Shown one piece after another: positions 49,003 to 56,936 of a stretch of DNA of 64,000 bases (position 1 is the first letter of the stretch; every line of letters starts with the position of its first letter). A program made the translations under genes and the position numbers. The notes under the pieces were generated by a model. It made no database searches, had not been told where the DNA came from, and saw nothing but the letters and a program-made list of their open reading frames with translations. The stretch is from Candidatus Saelkia tenebricola (GTDB taxonomy: Bacteria > Omnitrophota > Gorgyraeia > Kaelpiales > Kaelpiaceae): positions 49,087 through 113,086 of the forward strand of contig JAVCDA010000010.1 of the NCBI GenBank assembly GCA_030765145.1, given 5' to 3'.

Positions 49003-49980
49003 TTATCTGAATAAATATTTTTTTAAATCTTTCTTATTGGGCAATATAGACTCCTTAGCAAATTTAAAAGCTTCGGTAAGTTCTTTGTCTATCGTTTTTG
49101 AAATTTTTGATTTCTTTTCTTTTGTTAAGATATTATTTTTTAAAAGCTTTCTCTCTAAACTTTTGAGAGGGTCTTTTCTTATCCACTCCTTCCATTCGTT
49201 AATATTTCTATAAGTATCTTTATGCGGATCTCCTGCCCCGGCATGAGCTCTAAAGCGATATGCCCTGCACTCAAGAAGCACCGGCCCCCTTCCTCTTCGG
49301 GCACAATTAATAGCTTCTCTTGATTTCAAGTAAACCTCACACACATCCGAACCATCAATTTGATAAGCTGGAATATCAAAAGCCTTACCGCGCATAGATA
49401 TATCAGGATTCGCTTCTCTTGCACTTTGATGTGAACAGACAGAATAGAAATTATTTTCACAGACATAGACAATCGGTAATTTTTTTAAAGTAGCGAAATT
49501 CATACTCTCAAAGAACACCCCTTCTTCAGTTGCTGCATCTCCGAAAAATACAACCGAAACTTTACCGTCTTTTTTCAAAACAGAACTTAACGCCGCACCG
49601 GTAGCAATAGGTATACTGCCTGCGACAATCGCCGATGAGCCCATGTGGCCAACTTTCGTTGCTATTAAATGCATGGAACCACCCCTCCCCTTAGAACAAC
49701 CGGTTTCTTTACAATACAACTCCGCAACCAATTTTTTAACATCTCCTCCTTTGGCTATATAGTGACCATGGCTGCGGTGATTGCTGAACAGATAATCATC
49801 TTTTTTTAAATTGGCACACACTCCGCTTGAGATTGCTTCCTGACCGATACAGAGATGCACCGGCGTCTTCATCTCATCCTTATGATACTCTGCTTCGATT
49901 TTAAGCTGAAGTTTTCTAATCTTAAGCATTTCCTGATAAAGCTTAAGTAAAGTTGTGCTTGAGATAGACTTCATTCTCAT
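49003..49980 (-). CDS. TPP-dependent 2-oxoacid/acetoin dehydrogenase E1 component, alpha subunit-like.
   Basis: IGQEAISSG, GGSMHL, and the TPP motif FFGDAATEEG..VCENN. Confidence 0.75.
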   Translation of the reverse strand: MRMKSISSTTLLKLYQEMLKIRKLQLKIEAEYHKDEMKTPVHLCIGQEAISSGVCANLKKDDYLFSNHRSHGHYIAKGGDVKKLVAELYCKETGCSKGRGGSMHLIATKVGHMGSSAIVAGSIPIATGAALSSVLKKDGKVSVVFFGDAATEEGVFFESMNFATLKKLPIVYVCENNFYSVCSHQSAREANPDISMRGKAFDIPAYQIDGSDVCEVYLKSREAINCARRGRGPVLLECRAYRFRAHAGAGDPHKDTYRNINEWKEWIRKDPLKSLERKLLKNNILTKEKKSKISKTIDKELTEAFKFAKESILPNKKDLKKYLFR

Positions 49981-49987
49981 ATTATAG

Positions 49988-50692
49988 TCAATGCCAATAA
50001 AATTTTTCTTTTAACACTTGCATGAGATATGCCGCACCCCATTTCAGTACTTTTAATTTTCTTTCGCCTCCTATACGAGGAGGCTCATCTCCCGGAATAT
50101 CACAACATTTAAGTTTCTTTTTCCCCGCCCGTACAGATAAAAGCGGCTCAACACCTATTTTAGTGCGAAAAATTCTCTCTTCTGTTTGATAGCTTTCTTC
50201 CCGATCCAAGTCCAACGCTTTAAAAATTTCGCTCTTCCATCCCCTGAATATCACCATTGCATCAGTATAGCGTGCACCGTAAAGCAAATTTATTAAAGAA
50301 GTAAACATCCAGTTCCCAAAAGCTGTTATAACGTCATCATCATAACTCTTAACATCTTTTGCATAACGGGAAACTATCACCATATCATAGCCTTCGCTCA
50401 TTTTCTCTATTAATTCGGGAATTTTCTCTGGAATAGAATTTCCATCCGGACTAAAAGTAATAACAAAATCCGTCTTAACACACTCCATCGCTTCGATGTA
50501 AGCACAGCGTATACCTTCTTTCTTCTGTACTATTAGTTTATATCCACACTCTTTAACATATTTAATTGTCCCATCTGTAGATCCGCCATCAACAATGATA
50601 ATCTCGTCTACCCAGTCTTGGTTTATTTTTGGCATAATTATCTTCATGCCTTCAATTTCATTGAGGGTAAAAACCAATAATGTTACTTTCAT
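49988..50692 (-). CDS. Small GT2-like glycosyltransferase. Paralog of the gene at 38334-39011.
   Basis: MKVTLLVFTLNEIEGM..IIIVDGGSTDGT..SPDGNSIPEKIPEL. The same motifs appear in the same order as in the paralog. Confidence 0.5.
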   Translation of the reverse strand: MKVTLLVFTLNEIEGMKIIMPKINQDWVDEIIIVDGGSTDGTIKYVKECGYKLIVQKKEGIRCAYIEAMECVKTDFVITFSPDGNSIPEKIPELIEKMSEGYDMVIVSRYAKDVKSYDDDVITAFGNWMFTSLINLLYGARYTDAMVIFRGWKSEIFKALDLDREESYQTEERIFRTKIGVEPLLSVRAGKKKLKCCDIPGDEPPRIGGERKLKVLKWGAAYLMQVLKEKFYWH

Positions 50693-50784
50693 TTTATATC
50701 CTGATTTAAAAAACTATTTTCCAAAAACCATTATATAACATATGTATGTCGCTAACAAGACGCTCTAATGCAAGGAAACAAAAA

Positions 50785-50812
50785 ACCCCCGCCTCTTGCA
50801 AAATAGGCGGGG
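50785..50812 (-). terminator. Rho-independent terminator closing the por-fdx operon.
   Basis: Perfect 9-bp GC-rich stem CCCCCGCCT/AGGCGGGGG with a 10-nt loop. On the minus strand it is followed by TTTTTGTTTCC. It lies 20 nt past the ferredoxin stop. Confidence 0.55.
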
Positions 50813-50831
50813 GTATATGGCGTAACAAAAT

Positions 50832-51017
50832 TTATTCCACAACAATTGCATTCACAGGACAATCTTCAACCATTTGTTTAGCATTGCCTTCCTGATCCTC
50901 GGCTAGTACATCAGATACCGCAACAGCCTTATCTTCTTCCATTTTAAAAACATTAGGAGCCATATTAACACAAAGACCGCAACCTATACAAAGCTCCGCA
51001 TCTACTTTAACTATCAT
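50832..51017 (-). CDS. Small 2x[4Fe-4S] ferredoxin.
   Basis: CIGCGLC..CP .. a second Cys region. 61 aa. Confidence 0.75.
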   Translation of the reverse strand: MIVKVDAELCIGCGLCVNMAPNVFKMEEDKAVAVSDVLAEDQEGNAKQMVEDCPVNAIVVE

Positions 51018-51033
51018 AATTCTACCTCCTTTT

Positions 51034-51333
51034 TTACTCCCATACTATTCCGTTTGTTTTAAAAAAATCCCTATCCCCTTTATTAAGTTGAAGTTTTTTA
51101 TGTCTGCCTCTACTTTCATTTACATTCGTTGCCTCAATCGAGGAGCTATGTCTACCAATAATGTACATATCTAAAGCTATATCTCCATCTAAGTTTAATT
51201 TCTTAAGCTTCTTTTTAAAATCTTGGAATTCCTGTGATTTTAAAATCATCTTACCAAAAGCTTTTTTAAGTTTTTTCAACTCTTTATTCAATTCTTTTTC
51301 CCAGCTCACAACTTCACCTCCAACAATAAACAA
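51034..51333 (-). CDS. Hypothetical lysine-rich small protein within the por operon.
   Basis: ORF only. No recognisable motif. Confidence 0.3.
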   Translation of the reverse strand: MFIVGGEVVSWEKELNKELKKLKKAFGKMILKSQEFQDFKKKLKKLNLDGDIALDMYIIGRHSSSIEATNVNESRGRHKKLQLNKGDRDFFKTNGIVWE

Positions 51334-51448
51334 TATTATGATAATCTTAGGTCTTTTACCATTTAGAATTTTTTATTAGTTTCTATTGTTTTAGCAACTA
51401 CCATCCTGAAGATAACTCTGTTGCCTAAAGATAAAAAATCACACTTTT

Positions 51449-52336
51449 TCATTTTTTCAAAATATCATATTTTTCAATATTGTCCGCGACAATACCATTT
51501 AGATATTCTAAAACTTCTTTTACCTCTGGAGCGTCTTTCATAAGGTGCTTAAATCTGCCCTGTATTTTTAAAAATTCTTCTATGGGCTTTAGTTCCTTAA
51601 GTTTCATGGTATTTACAAGTTTCCCGTTTTCATACTCCACAATAGGGAAAAGCCCTGTTTCAACAACAAGTTTCCCCACTTTGTCTGTCAAATCAGCTCC
51701 ATGTCGCCATCCCAGAGGACAGGGAACAAAAATGTGTAAAAACTTAGGCCCTTTTATAGAAAAAGCTTTCTTAACCTTTCTTTCTAAATCTCTAATATAG
51801 CCAACAGATGCAGTCCCAACATAAGGTATGTTGTGAGCAGCGCAAATCGCAGCCATCGTCTTCTTAGGACGCGGATTACCCAAAGAAAGCTTCCCTGCAG
51901 GAGTTGTTGTTGTGCTAGCATAAGCAGGAGTCATACCGCTTCTTTGAATCCCTGTATTCATATAAGCTTCATTATCATACATCACATAAAGTATATCTTG
52001 ACCTCTCTCAAGCATACCAGAGAGAGCTTGTAATCCAATATCTGCAGTTCCACCATCTCCGCCTTGAGCTATAACATTAATCTTATCTTTTTTACCCAAA
52101 TGTCTCAATGCCACCTCAACACCGGATGCAACTGCAGCAGAATTTTCAAAAAGGGAATGAATCCAGGGCACACACCAAGATGTGTGAGGAAACCCTGTTG
52201 AGAAAACCTCTAAACAACCTGTCGCATTTGTCACTATAGTATTACTTCCTGCAGCATTTAAAACAATTCGTGCAGCCATAGACTGTCCGCAGCCAGCACA
52301 GGCAGTATGTCCGGAAACAAATAAATTTTCTTGCAT
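51449..52336 (-). CDS. porB: 2-oxoacid:ferredoxin oxidoreductase beta subunit (TPP-binding).
   Basis: HTACAGCGQ.., GGDGGTADIG. Confidence 0.85.
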   Translation of the reverse strand: MQENLFVSGHTACAGCGQSMAARIVLNAAGSNTIVTNATGCLEVFSTGFPHTSWCVPWIHSLFENSAAVASGVEVALRHLGKKDKINVIAQGGDGGTADIGLQALSGMLERGQDILYVMYDNEAYMNTGIQRSGMTPAYASTTTTPAGKLSLGNPRPKKTMAAICAAHNIPYVGTASVGYIRDLERKVKKAFSIKGPKFLHIFVPCPLGWRHGADLTDKVGKLVVETGLFPIVEYENGKLVNTMKLKELKPIEEFLKIQGRFKHLMKDAPEVKEVLEYLNGIVADNIEKYDILKK

Positions 52337-52349
52337 TAAAACCTCCCTC

Positions 52350-53546
52350 TTATTCTTCTTCTAAAACCATAATGGGTGATTCTTCCTTATACCACTTTTT
52401 TAAATCTATAAACCTTACCGCTTTGGTCTCCTCATCTAAAAGACTAAACATTTCTTTTACAGTTTCCTTTTTTATATCTCTTCCTCCAAGCCCTACAACA
52501 AAACCATTTATAGATTTAGCAGATTTTTTTTCTTGCAACAATGCTGAAATCTCAAGATGTAAAGGACCTGAAGACCCCAAAGAAATCGCCTTATCTACAA
52601 CACCAATCTTTTCAATATCTTTCAATGCTTCATAAATCACATCTTTGGGAAAAGGTCGATAAGCTATAATCCTCAGCAGACCAACGCGCTCACCATTAGC
52701 TCTTAATTCATCAACAGTATCTTTAATAGTTCCTGCAACAGATCCCATCCCTACCAATACTTTATCAGCATCTTCGGTTTTATATTTCTCAACGATTAAA
52801 GGTACTTTCCTGCCCATAATGCTTTCGAATTCTTTTTCTATCCCAGGCAACAGGGCTAAAACTTCTTCCATTGTTTTATGAATTGCATAACGTGTTTCCA
52901 TATAAACATCCGGCGCCCCAAGAAGCCCCATAGTAAGAGGATTCTCCGTATCCAATTTATATAAAGCATCGTATTTCGGTAAGAATTTATCAACTACATC
53001 TTGCTCTACCAGATCCAAATTTTCATAGCCGTGAGAAAGAATATATCCATCCATACAAACCATGCAAGGCAGCATAACATCTTTATTTTCTGCTATTTTA
53101 TAGGCAACGTAATGCAAATCCTGCACATCCTGATTATTCTCTGCATAAAACTGCATCCAACCCGCATCTCTTATTGCCATTGAATCCTGATGGTCATTCC
53201 AAATATTTATTGGCGCTGAAAGCGCTCTGTTTACACATGTTAAAACAACCGGCAACCTCATACCTGCTATATTGAACAAAACTTCACTCATTAAAATTAA
53301 TCCTTGTGAGCTCGTAGCGGTAAAAGATCTTACGCCTGTTGCCGTTGAACCTAAAACAACTGACGCCGCAGAATGTTCTGATTCTACATTAATAAATTCC
53401 GCAGCTAATTCCCCATCGGCAACCATTTCTGAAAGCCTTTCTACTATATGTGTTTGAGGCGTAATCGGATATGCGCAAACAACACCCGGCTTTATCCTTT
53501 TAACTGCTTCAGCAACAGCATGTGAACCTTCCATAAATACTTTCAT
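52350..53546 (-). CDS. porA: 2-oxoacid:ferredoxin oxidoreductase alpha subunit.
   Basis: MEGSHAVAEAVK..CAYPITPQT. Confidence 0.85.
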   Translation of the reverse strand: MKVFMEGSHAVAEAVKRIKPGVVCAYPITPQTHIVERLSEMVADGELAAEFINVESEHSAASVVLGSTATGVRSFTATSSQGLILMSEVLFNIAGMRLPVVLTCVNRALSAPINIWNDHQDSMAIRDAGWMQFYAENNQDVQDLHYVAYKIAENKDVMLPCMVCMDGYILSHGYENLDLVEQDVVDKFLPKYDALYKLDTENPLTMGLLGAPDVYMETRYAIHKTMEEVLALLPGIEKEFESIMGRKVPLIVEKYKTEDADKVLVGMGSVAGTIKDTVDELRANGERVGLLRIIAYRPFPKDVIYEALKDIEKIGVVDKAISLGSSGPLHLEISALLQEKKSAKSINGFVVGLGGRDIKKETVKEMFSLLDEETKAVRFIDLKKWYKEESPIMVLEEE

Positions 53547-53803
53547 TGTTCCTCCTCCTGGACCATTTCAATGTCTTTTTTGGGGCAAATTACAGCACAC
53601 AAACCGCATCCTTTGCAATAATCATAATTAACCTGATATTCATTCTTATTTTCGCCCGTAATGCATCCTTCCGGGCAAATATCAACACACATATTGCAAG
53701 CGATACAGTCCTTATGCAACATTTTTGGTCTTTTTTTCACCCGCCAAGAACCTGTTTTATTTCTTAAACTCGTACCGGGTTTAGAAATGATAGGGACAAA
53801 CAT
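53543..53803 (-). CDS. porD: 2-oxoacid:ferredoxin oxidoreductase delta subunit (2x[4Fe-4S]).
   Basis: CIACNMCVDICP..CKGCGLCAVICP. Confidence 0.8.
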   Translation of the reverse strand: MFVPIISKPGTSLRNKTGSWRVKKRPKMLHKDCIACNMCVDICPEGCITGENKNEYQVNYDYCKGCGLCAVICPKKDIEMVQEEEQ

Positions 53804-53883
53804 TTAATACCTCCTTTTAATGAGTTCATGATTTACGGAGTACTAACGAACGTAAACCATCTGAACGAACTATATAGATTATA

Positions 53884-54435
53884 TTAATTTTCATTTGCCT
53901 TTAAATCCAAAGCATACTGATACCCTTTATGGGCACAAACAGCATTTTTTTCTCCTATTTCACCTTTAAATCTTTCCAGTATCGCACTTTCAAGACTTTC
54001 TATTGTAATTTCTTTAGATATTGCCGCAAATGCTCCCAACACTGCGGTATTTCCTAAAGGTCGGCCAATCACTTCCAAAGCTATTTGATTTGCCGGAATA
54101 GTAAAAATTTTAATATTATCTTTATCTAGTTCATATTCTTTCCCAGAATTAATAATTACAATCCCACCGTCTTTAGTATCGCTGAATACATCCTGACTTT
54201 TCATAAGCGTAGCATCAATAACAAGGGCATAATCAGGATTGTATATTTTAGAACGCATTCTGATAGGATTTTCATCCACCCTGATGAAAGCATTCATAGG
54301 CGCTCCCATTCTAGCAGCACCAAAATGAGGGAAAGCATAAGCAAATTTATCTTCTTTAAAATAAGACCCCCCTACAATAACTGCCGTAGTAATAGCGCCT
54401 TGACCTGCCCGGGCATATACTGTTATTTCTTTCAT
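53884..54435 (-). CDS. porG: 2-oxoacid:ferredoxin oxidoreductase gamma subunit.
   Basis: ARAGQGAITTA..FGAARMGAP. Confidence 0.8.
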   Translation of the reverse strand: MKEITVYARAGQGAITTAVIVGGSYFKEDKFAYAFPHFGAARMGAPMNAFIRVDENPIRMRSKIYNPDYALVIDATLMKSQDVFSDTKDGGIVIINSGKEYELDKDNIKIFTIPANQIALEVIGRPLGNTAVLGAFAAISKEITIESLESAILERFKGEIGEKNAVCAHKGYQYALDLKANEN

Positions 54436-54448
54436 TATTCCTCCTTTA

Positions 54449-54600
54449 ATGAGCCCGTTACTTATGAAACAAAGTTGACATAAGCAACCCTAGCAAATTA
54501 TGAACCCGTTACTTATAGAACAAATTTGACATAAACAACCCTGGCAAATTATGAACCCATTACTTATGGAACAAAGTTGACGTAAATGACATAGACGAAT
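54449..54600. repeat. 51-bp direct tandem repeat, about 2.7 copies, in the por promoter region.
   Basis: Units start at 54449, 54500 and 54551: ATGARCCCRTTACTTATRGAACAAARTTGACATAARCAACCCTRGCAAATT. The third copy diverges after TTGACGTAAA. Confidence 0.75.
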
Positions 54601-54651
54601 TCCACCTCATCCTTGATTTGCTCTGCAAACCAACAAGGAGTATATATTTCA

Positions 54652-56049
54652 TTAATCCGCCCCGTCAAATTGGGCATCTACCAGTTCCTGTGGCAATAAA
54701 TCCTTTGCTTTTTTAGTCACCTTAATCGACTTAATGTATTTATTTACTATTGCTTTTGTATCTTCCACCTTTAACTGCCCGAACAAAAATTCAAATTCTT
54801 CTTCCAGCTTTTGGGCAATTTTATTTCTTAAATCCATACTAATACAAAAAATCTCTTTTTTAAACGACCCTAATGCCTGTTTTCGAGACTGATATAAAAA
54901 TTGCTCCTCAGTTTGACCTTCTTTCCATCCAGATTTAAAATTCTCCTTCAGCCAGCTATATATGTTTGATCTTAACTCTTCAGGCATATTGTCATATACG
55001 ATATTTTGAAACTGTGTTGCTAAATGAATTTCTGCTGCTGCAGCTTCTGAGAATTTACCAAACGCTTCTTTCGGTAAAGTCGATGCTCCATGCTGAACAG
55101 CTCCTGCCATTTTATATTCATCACGTGATACATTAGATAAGTTTTTCAAGGTTTCAAAATCCACCTTAACTGAAGCTACTGTTCCATCAGGCAAAACTAC
55201 GCCTCCGTGAGTAGTGCCAGTTTGAATGCTTATTTTGCTAATACCTTCGCATGAACTCTCAAGTTCTTTTAAATATCCTTGCATAAATGCACGCAAATCC
55301 TCAGACGTAGAATTCCTACCTCCAACTTCACCTATCTCTCCTCCTATTGAAATAGTTACACCTTCGACTTCCTGTGCCCTGATATATTTTGTCAATTCCG
55401 ATGTCACCCAATAGTTATTATATTGCTGTTCCTCTAATGAACTTTTAGATAAATCAACTAAGGTAGAAGCATCAATATCAATGTTATAGAAACCAGCATT
55501 TATTGCTTCTTTAATCAATTTCTTCATATCAGATAACGATTGCTCTTTGTTGCTTTGATAGTCTGTCAATTTGAGCTGAAAATGATCACCTTGAACAAAA
55601 ACAGCACCTTGATACCCCTCTTTAATCGCAGCAGCAAGACAAATTGCAACATACTCTAGAGGACGTTGCGAAGTATAACCCATTTCAGAACGGGCAATTT
55701 CAAATATAAAAGCACCTGCATTAATACGTTTAGCAACCCGATAAACTGCACGAGCAGCATCATAGCTTAACACTCTTAAATTCATGGCCGGAACAGTAAA
55801 TCCTGCGGCTTCTTTTCTGCCCATGGCACAGTATAAATCGTGAATCGATGCCGGATAAACCCCACACTGCGAGGCTACATTCCATATAACTTGCGCATAA
55901 TTAGCTTTCTTTTGCAAATCTTCCTCATAAATAATACTCTCAACTAATTGATCAATTCCTTTTTCACGCAGAAGTTGAGAATCTTGAATTACAACACTTT
56001 CCTCCTGAAACTCTAAACCCTGGACTTCAGTACCTCTTAAATTCATCAA
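54652..56049 (-). CDS. Class II fructose-bisphosphate aldolase family, long form (465 aa).
   Basis: Matches FbaA motifs in order: FTVPAMN, VFVQGDHFQ (like HTDHC), NIDIDAS, SIGGEIGEVGG, TTHGGV, AVQHGAS, EIHLATQFQ. Confidence 0.55.
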   Translation of the reverse strand: MMNLRGTEVQGLEFQEESVVIQDSQLLREKGIDQLVESIIYEEDLQKKANYAQVIWNVASQCGVYPASIHDLYCAMGRKEAAGFTVPAMNLRVLSYDAARAVYRVAKRINAGAFIFEIARSEMGYTSQRPLEYVAICLAAAIKEGYQGAVFVQGDHFQLKLTDYQSNKEQSLSDMKKLIKEAINAGFYNIDIDASTLVDLSKSSLEEQQYNNYWVTSELTKYIRAQEVEGVTISIGGEIGEVGGRNSTSEDLRAFMQGYLKELESSCEGISKISIQTGTTHGGVVLPDGTVASVKVDFETLKNLSNVSRDEYKMAGAVQHGASTLPKEAFGKFSEAAAAEIHLATQFQNIVYDNMPEELRSNIYSWLKENFKSGWKEGQTEEQFLYQSRKQALGSFKKEIFCISMDLRNKIAQKLEEEFEFLFGQLKVEDTKAIVNKYIKSIKVTKKAKDLLPQELVDAQFDGAD

Positions 56050-56063
56050 AACACCTCCATTTC

Positions 56064-56936
56064 TTAAATTAAACCTGATAGTTTCAATATCTTTGGAACT
56101 GACTCCGCTTTACCCAAAGCCATCACATGAACACCGTGAGCAAATTTTTTCAATTCTACTATCAATCGTACTGCTATTTCAACACCTTTCTCTACTTGAT
56201 TCGCAGCAGACTTCATTTCTTCAATTATGTCTTGAGGGATATTTATCCCACTAACATTCTTATTCATATATTCTGCCATTTTTGAGGATTTAAGAACTAC
56301 AATGCCCGCAAGTACATAAACATTTAAATCTTTAATAGAATCCATAAAGACTTTGAATTTCTCAACATCATATATCGCCTGGCTTTGCAAAAAACACGCG
56401 CCTGATTGAACCTTTTTTCTGGTCTTTACAATCTCAAGCTCTAAAGGAGAAGCTTCAGGGAAACATGCCGCCCCAATAAAAAAATTCGTCGGTTTGTTCA
56501 GCTTGTTCCCTGCTGAATCATAACCTTTATTAAGTCCTTCTACAATTCCTATCAACTGCACCGAATCAACATCAAATACTGCTTTCGCCTGGATATGGTC
56601 ACCTTGTTCAATAGCATCACCTGTAAGGCAAAGAACGTTGTCTACTCCTAAAATAGACGCCCCTAACAAATCCGATTGTATCCCCAAGCGATTCCTATCC
56701 CGGGCCGTAATCTGATAAATAGGCTGGATATTATTTTTTATCAAAATATCTGCAATTGCTAAAACTGATGCACGCATTACGGAACTCTGATTGTCCGTTA
56801 TATTGACTGCTCGAACGGACTGTTTATATATATCTATTTCTCGCGTGATATCTGAGATATCAGTCCCTTTAGGAGGCGCAATTTCCGCAGTAACAACAAA
56901 TTCTCCCTTTTCTAACAGTTGCCTCAATTCGCTCAT
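56064..56936 (-). CDS. metF: Methylenetetrahydrofolate reductase (MetF family).
   Basis: VVTAEIAPPKG..ITDNQ..LCLTGD..IGAACFPE pattern of MTHFR TIM-barrel enzymes. Confidence 0.65.
   Translation of the reverse strand: MSELRQLLEKGEFVVTAEIAPPKGTDISDITREIDIYKQSVRAVNITDNQSSVMRASVLAIADILIKNNIQPIYQITARDRNRLGIQSDLLGASILGVDNVLCLTGDAIEQGDHIQAKAVFDVDSVQLIGIVEGLNKGYDSAGNKLNKPTNFFIGAACFPEASPLELEIVKTRKKVQSGACFLQSQAIYDVEKFKVFMDSIKDLNVYVLAGIVVLKSSKMAEYMNKNVSGINIPQDIIEEMKSAANQVEKGVEIAVRLIVELKKFAHGVHVMALGKAESVPKILKLSGLI

Noticed and set aside
54449-54600. Possible CRISPR array suggested by the regularly spaced repeats
   Set aside because: The 51-bp units are directly contiguous with no unique spacers. There are only 2.7 copies and no cas genes in the window. 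The element behaves as a simple tandem repeat in a promoter region.
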